A DNA stretch of 64,000 nucleotides from Malacoraja senta (lineage: Eukaryota): contig JAXLNO010002598.1 in assembly GCA_038087875.1 (NCBI GenBank), positions 1 through 64,000 on the forward strand, read 5' to 3'. Shown here piece by piece: positions 11,700-24,300 of the stretch (position 1 is the stretch's first letter; each line of letters starts with the position of its first letter). The notes beneath the pieces are model-generated. The model saw nothing but the letters and a program-made list of their open reading frames with translations. It was not told the DNA's origin and searched no databases. Position numbers and translations under genes: made by a program.

Positions 11700-11870
11700 T
11701 TTCCTCCCACACTCCAAAGACGTGCAGGTTTGTAGGTTAATTGGCTTGGTGTAAATGTAAAAATTGCCTCCAATGGCTGTAGGATGGTGTTAGTGTGCGG
11801 GGATCGTTGGTCGGCGCGGACCCGGTGGGCCGAAGGGCCTGTTTCCGCCCTGTATCTCTGAACTAAACTA
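11700..11870 (+). mobile_element. HE1/V-SINE-like 3' half
   Basis: cctcccacactccaaagacgtgcagg..gggccgaagggcctgtttccg..ctaaactaaact tail, shared with 17075-17298. Confidence 0.75.
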
Positions 11871-12413
11871 CACTAAAAATAGATTCACCAATCTGAAGAA
11901 ATTCCTTCATGAAAGAACGTCCTTTAATTCTGAGGCTGTGACCTCTGGTCCTAGACTCTCCCACTTTCCCACAGACACGCATACCTACACATAAAAAACA
12001 ATAGTGGAATAATAATAGTAGTCTTAAGTAGTTCAGAGGTTATTTCAGTTTGTGGTGTTGACTGAATTGTTTTTTCCAGGTTCTCGTTCGTGACACCTTT
12101 GCCAATCGCGTCTACGGAAAGCAGACTGAACCCTTCCCCGGTTACCTGTTGGACCCCCCCCCCCCATGCTTCAACACCGGGTGATGGATGGTGTTGTGTG
12201 TGGGCTGTTATCGAGTTGTATACAATTATTTTCAGCGAGTGCACTGTTACCGATTAAACTGCGTCTGCGTTTGTGTCTACCAATCTGTCTGGCGTCACAG
12301 TTCATTGTTCTAGAAACATAGAAACATAGAAAGTAGTTGCAGGAGGAGGCCATTCGGCCCTTCGAGCCAGCACCGCCATTCATTGTGATCATGGCTGATC
12401 GTCCCCAATCAAG

Positions 12414-15175
12414 TATGATGTTGTGGCGATCAGTGAAACATGGCTGCAGGAGGGCTGTGATTGGCAAATAAATATTCCAGGATTCCGTTGCTTCAGGGGT
12501 GATAGAATTAGAGGGGCAAGAGGTGGGGGTGTTGCATTGCTTGTCAAGGAAGGTATTACAGCAGTGCTTTGGCAGGATAGATTAGAGGGCTCGTCTAGGG
12601 AGGCTATTTGGGTGGAACTGAGAAATGGGAAAGGTGTAGCAACACTTATAGAGGTGTATTATAGACCGCCAAATGGGGAGCGAGAATTGGAAGAGCAAAT
12701 ATGTAAGGAGATAGCAGATATTAGTAGTAAGCACAAGGTAGTGATTGTGGGAGATTTCAATTTTCCACACATAGACTGGGAAACACATTCTGTAAAAGGG
12801 CTGGATGGTTTGGAGTTTGTAAAATGTGTGCAAGATAGTTTTTTGCAGCAATACATAGAGGTACCTACTAGAGAAGGGGCAGTGCTGGACCTCCTGTTAG
12901 AAAATGAGACAGGGCAGGTGGCGGAGGTATGTGTCGGGGAGCACTTCGGGTCCAGTGATCACAATACCATTAGTTTCAATATAATTATGGAGAGGGTCAG
13001 AACTGGACCTAGGGTTGAGATTTTTGTTTGGAGAAAGGCTAACTTTGAGGAGATGCGAAAGGATTTAAAAGGAGTGAATTGGGACGTTGTTTTATGGGAA
13101 GGATGTAGAAGAAAAATGGAGGACATTTAAGGGTGAAATTCTAAGAGTACAGAATCTTTATGTCCCTGTTCGGTTGAAAGGAAATAGTAAAAATGGAAAG
13201 AGCCATGGTTTTCAAGGGAAATTGGACACTTGGTTCGGAAAAAGAGAGAGATCTACAATAATTATAGGCAGCATGGAGTAAATGAGGTGCTTGAGGAGTA
13301 TAAAGAATGTAAAAAGAATATTAAGAAAGAAATTAGAAAAGCTAAAAGAAGATATGAGGTTGCTTTGGCAAGTAAGGTGAAAGTAAATCCAAAGGGTTTC
13401 TACAGCTATATTAATAGCAAAAGGATAACAAGGAATAAAATTGGTCCATTAGAGAGTCAGAGTGGACAGCTATCTGCAGAGCCAAAAGAGATGGGGGAGA
13501 TATTGAACAATTTCTTTTCTTCGGTATTCACGAAGGAGAAGGATATGGAATTATGTGAGGTAAGGAAACAAGCAGAGTAGCAATGGAAACTGTGAGATTC
13601 AAAGAAGAGGAGGTGCTGACACTTTTGAAAAATATGAAAACGGATAAGTCTCCAGGTCCTGACAGGATATTCCCTAGGACATTGAGGGAAGTTAGTGTAG
13701 AAATAGCAGGGGCTATGACAGAAATATTTCAAATGTCATTAGAAACGGGAATAGTGCCGGAGGATTGGCGTACTGCGCATGTTGTTCCGTTGTTTAAAAA
13801 GGGTTCGAAGAGTAAACCTAGCAATTATAGACCTGTTAGCTTGACGTCAGTGGTGGGCAAATTAATGGAAAGGATACTTAAAGATAATATATATAAGCAT
13901 CTGGATAAGCAGGGTCTGATTAGGAACAGTCAACATGGATTTGTGCCTGGAAGGTCATGCTTGACTAATCTTCTTGAATTCTTCGAAGAGGTTACTAGGG
14001 AAATTGATGAGGGTAAAGCAGTGGATGTTGTCTATATGGACTTCAGTAAGGCCTTTGACAAGGTTCCTCATGGAAGGTTGGTTAAGAAGATTCAATTGTT
14101 GGGTATTAATGGTGGAGTAGCAAGATGGATTCAACAGTGGCTGAATGGGAGATGCCAGAGAGTAATGGTGGATGGCTGTTTGTCAGGTTGGAGGCCGGTG
14201 ACTAGTGGGGTGCCTCAGGGGTCTGTGTTGGGTCCACTGTTGTTTGTCATGTACATCAATGATCTGGATGATGGTGTGGAAAATTGGATTAGTAAGTATG
14301 CAGATGATACTAAGATAGGTGGTGTTGTGGATAATGAAGTAGATTTTCAAAGTCTACAGAGAGATTTAGGCCATTTGGAAGAGTGGGCTGAAAGATGGCA
14401 GATGGAGTTTAATGCTGACAAATGTGAGGTGCTACATCTCGGCAGGACAAATCAAAATAGGACGTACACGGTAAATGGTAGCGAATTGAGGAATGCAGTT
14501 GAACAGAGGGATCTAGGAATAACTGTGCATAGTTCCCTGAAGGTGGAATCTCATGTAGATAGGGTGGTAAAGACAACTTTTTGTGTGCTGGCCTTTATAA
14601 ATCAGAGCATTGAATATAAAAGTTGGGATGTAATGTTAAAATTGTACAAGGCATTGGTGAGGCCAATTCTGGAGTATGGAGTACAATTTTGGTCGCCTAA
14701 TTATAGGAAGGATGTCAACAAAATAGAGAGTACAGAGGAGATTTACTAGAATGTTGCCTGGGTTTCAGCAACTAAGTTACAGAGAAAGGTTGAACAAGTT
14801 AGGTCTTTATTCTTTGGAGCGCAGAAGGTTAAGAGGGGACTTGATAGAGGTCTTTAAAATTATGAGCTGGTTAGACAGAGTGGACGTGGATAAGCTTTTC
14901 CCATTGAGAGTAGGGAAGATTCAAACAAGGGGACATGACTTGAGAATTAAGGGACAGAAGTTTAGGGGGAACATTAGGGGGAACTTCTTTACTCAGAGAG
15001 TGGTAGCTGTGTGGAATGAGCTTCCAGTGGAAGTGGTGGAGGCAGGTTCGATGTTATCCTTTAAAAATAGATTGGATGGGTATATGGACGGGAAAGGAAT
15101 GGAGGGTTATGGTCTGAGTGCAGGTAGATGGGACTAGGGGGAAGTGTTTATTTTTATTGTTATGGTTATATGGTT
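12414..15175 (+). mobile_element. CR1 LINE, almost complete ORF2 (APE endonuclease + RT), several frameshifts, (GTTATG)n-type tail
   Basis: ORFs 12423-13130 (AISETWL, GDFNFP, SDH), 13230-13580, 13583-14749 (YADD) and 14751-15137. Same subfamily as the long CR1 in the array units. Confidence 0.95.
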
Positions 15176-15179
15176 AATA

Positions 15180-16515
15180 ACCCATGCCTGCCTTCTCCCC
15201 ATATCCCTTGATTCCACTAGCCCCTAGAGCTCTATCTAACTCTCTCTTAAATCCATCCAGTGACTTGGCCTCCACTGCCCTCTGTGGCAGGGAATTCCAT
15301 AAATTCACAACTCTCTGGGTGAAAAAGTTTTTTTCTCACCTCAGTCTTAAATGGCCTCCCCTTTATTCTAAGACTGTGGCCCCTGGTTCTGGACTCGCCC
15401 AACATTGGGAACATTTTTCCTGTATCTAGCTTGTCCAGTCCTTTTATAATTTTATATGTTTCCATAAGGTCCCACCTCATCCTTCTAAACTCGTGAATAC
15501 AAGCCTAGTCTTTTCAATCTATCCTCATATGACAGTCCCGCCATCCCAGGGATCAATCTCGTGAACCTACGCTGCAGTGCCTCAATCACAAGGATGTCCT
15601 TCCTCAAATTAGGAGACCAAAACTGCACACAATACTCCAGATGTGGTCTCACCAGAGCCCTATACAACTGTAGAAGAACCTCTTTACTCCGATCCTGAAA
15701 TCCTCTTGTTATGAATCCTATTCTGTTCTGTTCCAGGAATGTGTGGATCCACATCTTGCAAGAACCCTTCTCATGGTCGTAAGTTCGGGGAGCAGAAGGA
15801 GGCCATTTGGCCTGACATGGCATGCTGTAAACCATGTCATCATGTAATGGAGAATTGTGTGCAGTAATGGCATGTTGGCCTTTGTAACAAGAGGAGTTGA
15901 GTCTAGGAGCAAAGAGGTCCTTCTGCAGTTGTACAGGGCCCTAGTGAGACCACACCTGGAGTATTGTTTGCAGTTTTGGTCTCCAAATTTGAGGAAGGAC
16001 ATTCTTGCTATTGAGGGAGTGCAACGGAGGTTCACCAGGTTAATTCCCAGAATGGCGGGACTGTCATATGCTGAGAGAATGGAGCGGCTGGGCTTGTACA
16101 CTCTGGAGTTTAGAAGGAATAAGAGGGGATCTTATTGAAATATATAAGATTATTAAGGGTTTGGACACGCTAGAGGCAGGAAACATGTTCCCGATGTTGG
16201 GGGAGTCCAGAACCAGGGTCCACAGTTTAAGAATAAGGGGTAAGCCATTTAGAACGAGGATGAGGAAACACTTTTTCTCACAGAGGGTTGTGAGTCTGTG
16301 GAATTCTCTGCCTCAGAGTGCGGTGGAGGCCGGATCTCTGGATACTTTCAAGAGAGAGCTAGATAGGGCTCTTAAAGATAGCGGAGTCAGGGGATATGGG
16401 GAGAAGGCAGGAACGGGGTACTGATTGGGGATGATCAGCCATGATCACATTGAATGTCGGTGCTAGCTCGAAGGGCCGAATGGCCTACTCCTGCACCTAT
16501 TGTCTATTGTCTATT
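15180..16515. mobile_element. CR1 3' fragments (minus 15180-15715, plus 15860-16515)
   Basis: ORFs 15247-15480, 15485-15835, 15857-16138 and 16068-16424. Confidence 0.88.
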
Positions 16516-16630
16516 ATAATAAATGAGAAGAGAGTTCAGTGTGTATATATACACACACGCAAACATGTCATAAGGTCATAAGTGATAGGAGCAGAATGAG
16601 GCCATTCAGTGTTTAGTGTGTATATATACT

Positions 16631-16662
<32 letters not shown>

Positions 16663-16764
16663 TGTCATAAGGCCATAAGTGATAAGAGCAGAATTAGGCC
16701 ATTCGGCCCATCAAGTCTACTCCGCCATTCAATCGTGGCTGATCTATCTCTCCCTCCTAACCGG

Positions 16765-17298
16765 AGGTCACGGTAGAGTTGCTGCCTCACAGCGCCAGAG
16801 ACATGGGTTCGATCCCGACCATGGGTGCCGCCATTACGGAGTCTGCAGTGGGACCGTGTGGGTTTTCTCCGGGTGCTCCGGTTTCCTCCCACATTCCAAA
16901 CACCTGCCGGTTTGCAGGTTAATTACCCTCTGTAAATTACCCCTAATGTGTGGGATAGAACAGGTGTGCGGGTTGCTACTGGTCGGCATGGATTAGATGG
17001 GCCGAAGGGCCCTACCCCACGCTCCATCTCTAAACTAAAAAGCTAGTATCTAGATAAACTGTACATAAATTAAATCTGTACGTCCTCCCCGTGACCTGCG
17101 TGGGTTTTCTCCGAGATCTTCCGTTTCCTCCCACACTCCAAAGACGTGCAGGTTTGTAGGTTAATTGGCTTGGTGTAAATGTGAAAAATTGTCCCTAGTG
17201 GATGTAGGATAGTGTTAGTGTGCGGGGATCGCTGGTCGGCACGGACCCGGTGGGCCGAAGGGCCCGTTCCCACGCTGTATCTCTAAACTAAACTAAAC
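16765..17298 (+). mobile_element. tRNA-derived HE1/V-SINE-like elements (16765-17040 and a 3' half at 17075-17298)
   Basis: Degenerate A/B boxes (ggtagagttgctgcctcacagcgccagagacatgggttcgatccc), V-domain-like gggttttctccgggtgctccggtttcctcccaca, and ctaaact tails. Confidence 0.8.
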
Positions 17299-19280
17299 CC
17301 CATTCTCCTGCCTTCTCCCCATAACCTCTGACACATGTTCTAAGTCAATCTCCACTTTAAAAAATATCCACTGATTTGTGGCCTCCACAGCCGTCTGTGG
17401 CAATGAATTCCACAGATTCACCACCCTCTGACAAAAGAAATTCCTCCTCATCTCCTTCCTAAAAGAATGTCCTTTAATTCTGTGGCTGTGACCTCTGGTC
17501 CTGGACTCTCCCACTAGTGGAAACATCCTCTCCACATCCACTCTATCCAGGCCTTTCACTATTTGGTAAGTTTCAATGAGGTCCCCCCTCATTCTTCTAA
17601 ACCCCAGCGAGTACAGGCCCAGTGCCGACAAACGCTCATCGTATGTTAACTACTCATTCCTGGGATCGTTCTTGTAAACCTCCACTGGACCCTCTCCAGA
17701 GCCAGCACATCCTTCCTCAGATACAGGGCCCAAAACTGCTCACAATATTCCGAATGCAATCTGATCAGCGTTGCCTGACCCACTGAGTTCCTCCAGCATT
17801 TCACGTTTTATTCTCAGTTTCTACTTTCCAGTTGAAGTTTACTGTCCTACGGGAAGAAACAGGAAGGCAGATTATTATCTAAATGGCGTCAAGTTGGGAA
17901 AAGGGGAAGTACAACGGGATCTGGGGGTCCTTGTTCATCAGTCAATGAAAGTAAGCATGCAGGTACAGCAGGCAGTGAAGAAAGCGAATGGCATGTTGGC
18001 CTTTATAACAAGAGGAGTTGAGTATAGGGGCAAAGGGGTCCTTCTGCAGTTGTACAGAGCCTAGTGAGACCACACCTGGAGTATTGTGTGCAGTTTGGTC
18101 CCCTAATTTGAGGAAGGACATTCTTGCTATTGAGGGAGTGCAGCGTAGGTTCACCAGGTTAATTCCCGGGATGGCGGGACTGTCGTATGCTGAGAGAATG
18201 GAGCGGCTGGGCTTGTACACTCTGGAGTTTAGAAGGATGAGAGGGAAAAACCAGATCCATTTCTCAAGACATGGACACCCTTCACCGAATTCTTCCAACA
18301 ATAGTATGGTGCAACACAAATTTAAATTTAATCCAATGCCGGGTTGGGTTAGGTGGGTGGGGGGGGAGGGGGGAGAGACAGGAGACGAGGGGCAGGTATA
18401 TCTCCACCTTTCTTTTTCTCTTTTCATATTTCTATATTTTTCAGCCACAGTTTTCGGGTCTTTCTTTTGATCTTTATCGAGCTGTCTTTTCACTGTTCAC
18501 TTTTTCTCTTTCTTGTTCTCTTTTTCTTTTCTTTTCATTTTCAGGTTATAAGGTTAAATATGAAGCTGTACAATAATTGTATAATCTCAGATGCCGAATG
18601 TTTTGTCTTTGTACAATTGCTTCTAATAAAAATAAATTAATTAATAATGAATAAATTAAAAAAAATAGGATGAGAGGGGATCTCATTGAAACATATAAGA
18701 TTGTTAATGGTTTGGACACGCTAGAGGCAGGAAACATGTTCCCAATGTTGGGGGAGTCCAGAACCAGGAGCCACACAGTTTAAGAATAAGGAGTAAGCCA
18801 TTTAGAACAGAGACGAGGAAACACTTTTTCACCCAGAGAGTTGTGAGTCTGTGGAATTCTCTGCCTCAGAGGGCGGTGGAGGCCGGTTCTCTGGATACTT
18901 TCAAGAGAGAACTCGATTAGGCTCTTAAAGATCGCGGAGTCAAGAGATATGGGGAGAATCTCACTGTCCTATCGGGGACAGAACCAGGGGCCACCGTCTT
19001 AGAATAAAGGGGAGGCCATTTAAGACTGAGGTGAGAAAAAACGTTTTCACCCAGAGAGTTGTGAATTTGTGGAATTCCCTGCCACAGAGGGCAGTGGAGG
19101 CCAAGTCACTGGATGGATTTAAGAGAGAGTTAGATAGAGCTCTATGGGCTGGTGGAGTCAAGGGATATGGGGAGAAGGCAGGCACGGGTTATTGATTGGG
19201 GACGATCAGCCATGATCACAATGAATGGCGGTGCTGGATCGAAGGGCCGAATGGCCTCCTCCTGCACCTATTGTCTATTA
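17299..19280. mobile_element. CR1 fragments (minus 17299-17765, plus 17845-18960 interrupted by L1, further pieces to 19280)
   Basis: ORFs 17293-17631, 17771-18064 and 18018-18470. Confidence 0.85.
18246..18666 (+). mobile_element. Short 5'-truncated L1-type 3' end inserted in a CR1, 12-bp TSD
   Basis: TSD AGGATGAGAGGG at 18234-18245 and 18667-18678. Begins with KPDPFLKTWTPFTEFFQQ*, like an L1 ORF2 C-terminus, followed by a G-rich then T-rich UTR and an AATAAA-containing A-rich tail. Confidence 0.8.
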
Positions 19281-19504
19281 TCTATCTGTTTATTTATTGT
19301 GTGTATATATATATGGTCAAGTCAAGGGAGTTTATTGTCAGCTGTCCCAGATAGGACAATGACATTCTTGCTTGGTCTATGGTATATAAACACATTGAAC
19401 TTTTATCTCCTGTTCTGTATTCTGTTTACATATTCTGTTGTGTTGCAGCAAACAAGAATGTCATGGTCCTATCTGGGACACATGACAATAAACTCTCTTG
19501 ACTC

Positions 19505-19990
19505 TGTGGGGATGCTCGCTGTTGTCCGGAAACATCACAATCTGGTTTGGGAACAGCTCTGCCCAGGACAGGAAGGCTCTGTAGAGAGTAGTGCGTTCGG
19601 CCGAACACACTATGGGAACTACACTCGCCCCCTGCAGGACCGATACACCAGGAGGTGCAGATCCAGAGCCAGCAACATTATGGGGGACCCCCACCACCCC
19701 AGCAACAGACTGTTCCAGCTGCTACGGTCAGGCAAACGCCTCCGTTGCCATGCTGTGAGAACAGAGAGGATGAGAAGGGGTTTCTTCCCTGAGGCCATCA
19801 GGACTGTAAACTCCCATCTCACCAGGAACCAACTTTACTGAACCATTTTACTGTTGTGTGGTGTATTTTTAAAATTACTGTTTTTTTCTTTTTTTTTCCT
19901 CCCACAAATATGTGAATATGTGATTCTGTTCATTCTGGGTTTGTTGTTGTTTTTGCACAATCCGTGAGCATTGCCACTTTTCATTGAATT
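19505..19990 (+). mobile_element. Rex1/Babar-type LINE 3' fragment
   Basis: YTRRCRSRASNIMGDPHHPSNRLFQLLRSGKRLRCHAVRTERMRRGFFPEAIR is the characteristic C-terminal region of Rex1/Babar ORFs. Confidence 0.75.
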
Positions 19991-20225
19991 GATCATTGAA
20001 TTCTCCCAATGTTGCTAGCCCTTCCTGTCTCCTCCCCTTCATCAGCCCTCTGGTTGTCTCCTCCCATCCCCCAGCCCTCGGGCTCCTCCTCCGCATTTTT
20101 TCCTTTCTTCTCCCCACCCCCCATCAGTCTGATGAAGGGTTTCGGCCCGAAACGTTGCCTATTTCCTTCGCTCCATAGATGCTGCTGCACCCGCTGAGTT
20201 TCTCCAGCATTTTTGTGTACCTTCC
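19990..20225 (+). mobile_element. Penelope-like 3' end with hammerhead-like motif (20129-20156)
   Basis: Near-identical to the end of the Penelope element at 25620-25800; CTGATGA AGGGTTTCGGCCC GAAA CGTT. Confidence 0.75.
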
Positions 20226-20299
20226 ACTTTCATTTCACTGCACATCTTGTATGTGTATGTGACGAACAAACTTGACTTGTTATTACTCCAGGTTTAAAC

Positions 20300-20540
20300 C
20301 AGGTCTGGGATGATCTTTGCGTTTGGCTGCAGTTCCTCGCCGCGCACAAGGTGGTTGGATTCGGCGCTGTGACTTTCTGCCAGTTTGCCGAAGCCGCGCC
20401 CTGTGACAAAGTGAAAGTCGTGTTGAGTTCAATCCCCGCGTCCGGGGGTCTGGGCGAGGGTCCGGACTGATCTGATCTGGGTCCCTGCAGATCCAGGTAA
20501 GCTCAGGTCAAACTTATCTGGGGAGTTGTAGTGTTTTAGA
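20300..20540. promoter_or_regulatory. Candidate CpG-rich promoter/first exon with IRF-element and ZNF143-like motif
   Basis: AAAGTGAAAGT at 20408-20418; TGGGGAGTTGTAGT (reverse complement ACTACAACTCCCCA) at 20519-20532; donor CAG|GTAAGC at 20496/20497. Unique, CpG-rich sequence. Confidence 0.45.
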
Positions 20541-20939
20541 AAGAACTGCTGGAATAATGGAAGGTTAGACAGAAATGCTGGAGAAACTCAGCGGGCTTTG
20601 ATGAAATGCGCTGTGTGGGACCCCCGGCTCTGGGTGGGTGGCCGGAGAGGCCGGTCAAGGGTCCATGGATATCGGGTGGGGTTCGGGACGGGACTCCCAC
20701 TCCAACACCAAGAGCCGGTCTCTTCCGGGTTCCCCAATTCGGTCGTAAGTCGCGACCAGCTCTCGCAACCATGTTGCCGACGGGGCCTCCAGCAGCGGCT
20801 GAAAGGTTAAATAGTAAAGATTACTGGAGTTACGGGGGGTTGGTGTTGGTTGAGGGGTCTCAGGGGGTCGCTTGTCCGGCCTCGGGAATCCGGTAAAACG
20901 GCCCGTGTTTCCCACCGTCGGCAAAGCCTGGTGAGTGAA

Positions 20940-21365
20940 AACAGGGAACTGCAAGCGCGTGTTTTACAAAGAAAAAAGTGCTGGAGTAAACTCAGCGGGT
21001 CAGGGAGCTTCTCTGGAAAGGTTTACAAAGAAAAAAAGACACAAAGTGCTGGAGTATCTCAGCGGGTCAGGCAGTGTGTATGTGGAAAGGAACTGCAGAT
21101 GCTGGTTTACAGAGAAAAAGACACAAAGTGCTGGAGTAACTCAGCGGGTCAGGGCGATTCTCTGGAAAGGAATCGCAGATGCTGGTTTACAGAGAAAAAG
21201 ACACAAAGTGCTGGAGTAACTCAGTGAGGGTCAGGCAGTGTGTGTGTCAAAATGAACTGCAGATGCTAGTTTACAAAGAAAAAGAGACAATGTGCTGGAG
21301 TAACTCAGCGGGTCAGGCAGTGTGTATGTAGAAAGGAACTGCAGATGCTGTTTTAACAAAGAAAA
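20940..21365 (-). repeat. About five tandem ~80-bp degenerate copies of the Penelope terminal segment
   Basis: aaagtgctggagtaactcagcgggtcaggcag..gaaaggaactgcagatgctggtttaca recurs. Confidence 0.85.
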
Positions 21366-21369
21366 ACAT

Positions 21370-24300
21370 TGAAACAGACAATAGGTGCAGGAGTAGGCCA
21401 TTCGGCCCTGTGACCCAGCACTGCCATTCAATATGATCATGGCTGATCATCCAACTCCGTATCCTGTACCTGCCTTCTCTCCATACCCCCTGATCTCTTT
21501 AGCCACAAGGGCCACATCTAACTCCCTCTTAAATATAGCCAATGAACTGGCCTCAACTACATTCTGTGGCAGAGAATTCCAGAGATTCACCACTCTCTGT
21601 GTACATTTTTTTTTTTCATCTCGGTCCTAAAAGATTTCCCCTTTATCCTTAAATCGTGGCTGATCATCCACAAATCAGTACCCCGTTCCTGCTTTCCCTC
21701 GCCCCCCCCCCCCCCATATCCCTTGAGTCTGTTAACCCTAAGAGCTAAATCTAACTCTCTTTTGAAAACATCCAGTGAATTGGCCTCCACTGCCTTCTGT
21801 GGCAGGGAATTCCACAAATTCACAACTCTCTGGGTGAAAAGGTTTTTCCTCATCTCTGTTCTAATTGGCATTCCCCTTATTCTTAAACTGTGGCCCCTGG
21901 TTCTGGTCTCCCCCAACATCGGGAACATGTTTCCTGCCTCTAGCCTGTCCAATCCTTTAAGAATTTTATGTGTTTCAATAAGATTCCCTCTCATCCTTCT
22001 AAACTCCAGAGTATACAAGCCCAGCCGCTCCATTCTCTCAGCATATGACAGTCCTGCCATCCCGGGAATTAACCTGGTGAACCTACGGCTGCACTCCCTC
22101 AATAGCAAGAATGTCCTTCCTCAACTTAGGGGACCAAAACTGCACACAATACTCCAGGTGTGGTCTCACTAGGGCCCTGTACAACTGCAGAAGGACCTCC
22201 TTGCTCCTAAACTCAAATCCTCTCGCAATGAAGGCCAACATGCCATTCGCTTTCTTCACTGCCTGCTGTACCTGCATGCTTACTTTCAATGACTGATGAA
22301 CAAGGACCCCCAGATCCCGTTGTACTTCCCCTTTTCCTAATCTGACACAATTCAGGTAACAATCTGCCTTGCTGTTCTTGCCACCAAAGTGGATAACCTC
22401 ACATTTATCAACATTAAATTGCATCTACCATCTGATAGGAGCAGAATTATATCATTTGACCCATCAAGTCTACTCCACCATTCAATCATGGCTGATCTAT
22501 CTCTCCCTCTTAACCCCATTCTCCTATGTAACACCCGTACTAATCAAGAATCAATCTAACTGCCTTAAAAATATCAATAGACAATAGGTGCAGGAGTAGG
22601 CCATTCGGCCCTTCGAGCCAGCACCGCCATTCAATGTGATCATGGCTGATCATCCCCAATCAGTACCCCGTTCCTGCCTTCTCCCCATATCCCCTGACTC
22701 CGCTATTTTTAAGAGCTCTATCTAGCTCTCTCTTGAAAGTATCCAGAGAACCGGCCTCCACCGCCCTCTGAGGCAGAGAATTCCACAGACTCGCCACTCT
22801 CTGTGTGAAAAAGTGTTTCCTCGTCTCCGTTCTAAATGGCTTACCCCTTTGGTAAAGAGGACAACCAAGTGGATAACTTCACATTTATCCACATTAAACT
22901 TCATCTGCCATGCATCTGCCCACTCCCCCAACCTGTCCAAATCACCCTGCATTCTCATTGCATCCTCCTCACAGTTCACACTGACACTCAGCTTTGTGTC
23001 ATCTGCAAATTTGCTAATGTTACTTTGAATCCCTTCATCTAAATCATTGATGTATATTGTAAATATCTGCGGTCCCAGCACCAAGCCTTGCGGTACCCCA
23101 CTAGTCATTGCCTGCCATTCTCAAAGGGACCCGTTAATCCCTACTCTTCGTTTCCTGTCTGCCAACCAATTTTCTATCCATGTCAGCACTCTATCCCAAT
23201 ACCATGTGCCCTAATTTTGCCCACTAATCTCCTATGTGGGACCTTATCAAATGCTTTCTGAAAGTCCAGGTACACTACATCCACTGGCTCTCCCTTGTCC
23301 ATTTTCCCAGTTACATCCTCTAAAAAATCTTGTAAATCCATGCTGACTCGGACCGATCCTGTTACTGCTATCCAAATGTGCAGCTATTTCATCTTTTATA
23401 ATTGACTAGCATCTTCCCCACCACCGATGTCAGGCTAACTGGCCTATAATTCCCTGTTTTCTCTCTCCCGCCTTTCTTAAAAAGTGGGATAACGTTAGCT
23501 ACCCTCCAATCCACAGGAACTGATCCTGAGTATAGAACATTGGAAAATTATCACCAATGCATCCACGATTTCTAGAGCCACTTCCTTAAGTACCCTGGGA
23601 TGCAGACCATCAGGCCCTGGGGATTTATCAGCCTTCAGTCCCATCAGTCTACCCAACACCATAGAAACATAGAAAATAGGTGCAGGAGTAGGCCATTCGG
23701 CCCTTAGAGCCTGCACCGCCATTCAATATGATCATGGCTGATCATCCAACTCAGTATCCTGTACCTGCATTCTCTCCATACCCCCTGATCCCTTTAGCCA
23801 CAAGGGCCACATCTAACTCCCTCTTAAATATAGCCAATGAACTGGCCTCAACTACCATCTGTGGCAGAGAATTCCACAGATTCACCACTCTCTGTGTGAA
23901 AAATGTTTTTCTCGTCTCGGTCCTAAAAGATTTCCCCCTTATCCTTAAACTGTGACCCCTTGATCTGGACTTCCCCAACATTGGGAACAATCTTCCTGCA
24001 TCTAGCCTGTCCAACCCCTTAAGAATTTTGTAAGTTTCTATAAGATCCCCCCTCAATCTTCTAAATTCTAGCGAGTACAAGCCGAGTCTATCTACTCTTT
24101 CTTCATATGAAAGTCCTGACATCCCAGGAATCAGTCTGGTGAACCTTCTCTGCACTCCCTCTATGGCAATAATGTCCTTCCTCAGATTTGGAGACCAAAA
24201 CTGTACGCAATACTCCAGGTGTGGTCTCACCAAGACCCTGTACAGCTGCAGTAGAACCTCCCTGCTCCTATACTCAAATCCTTTTGCTATGAAAGCTAAC

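Noticed and set aside
12080-12150. Serpin-like ANRVYG motif
   Set aside because: Similarity is limited to a few residues with no other serpin exons.
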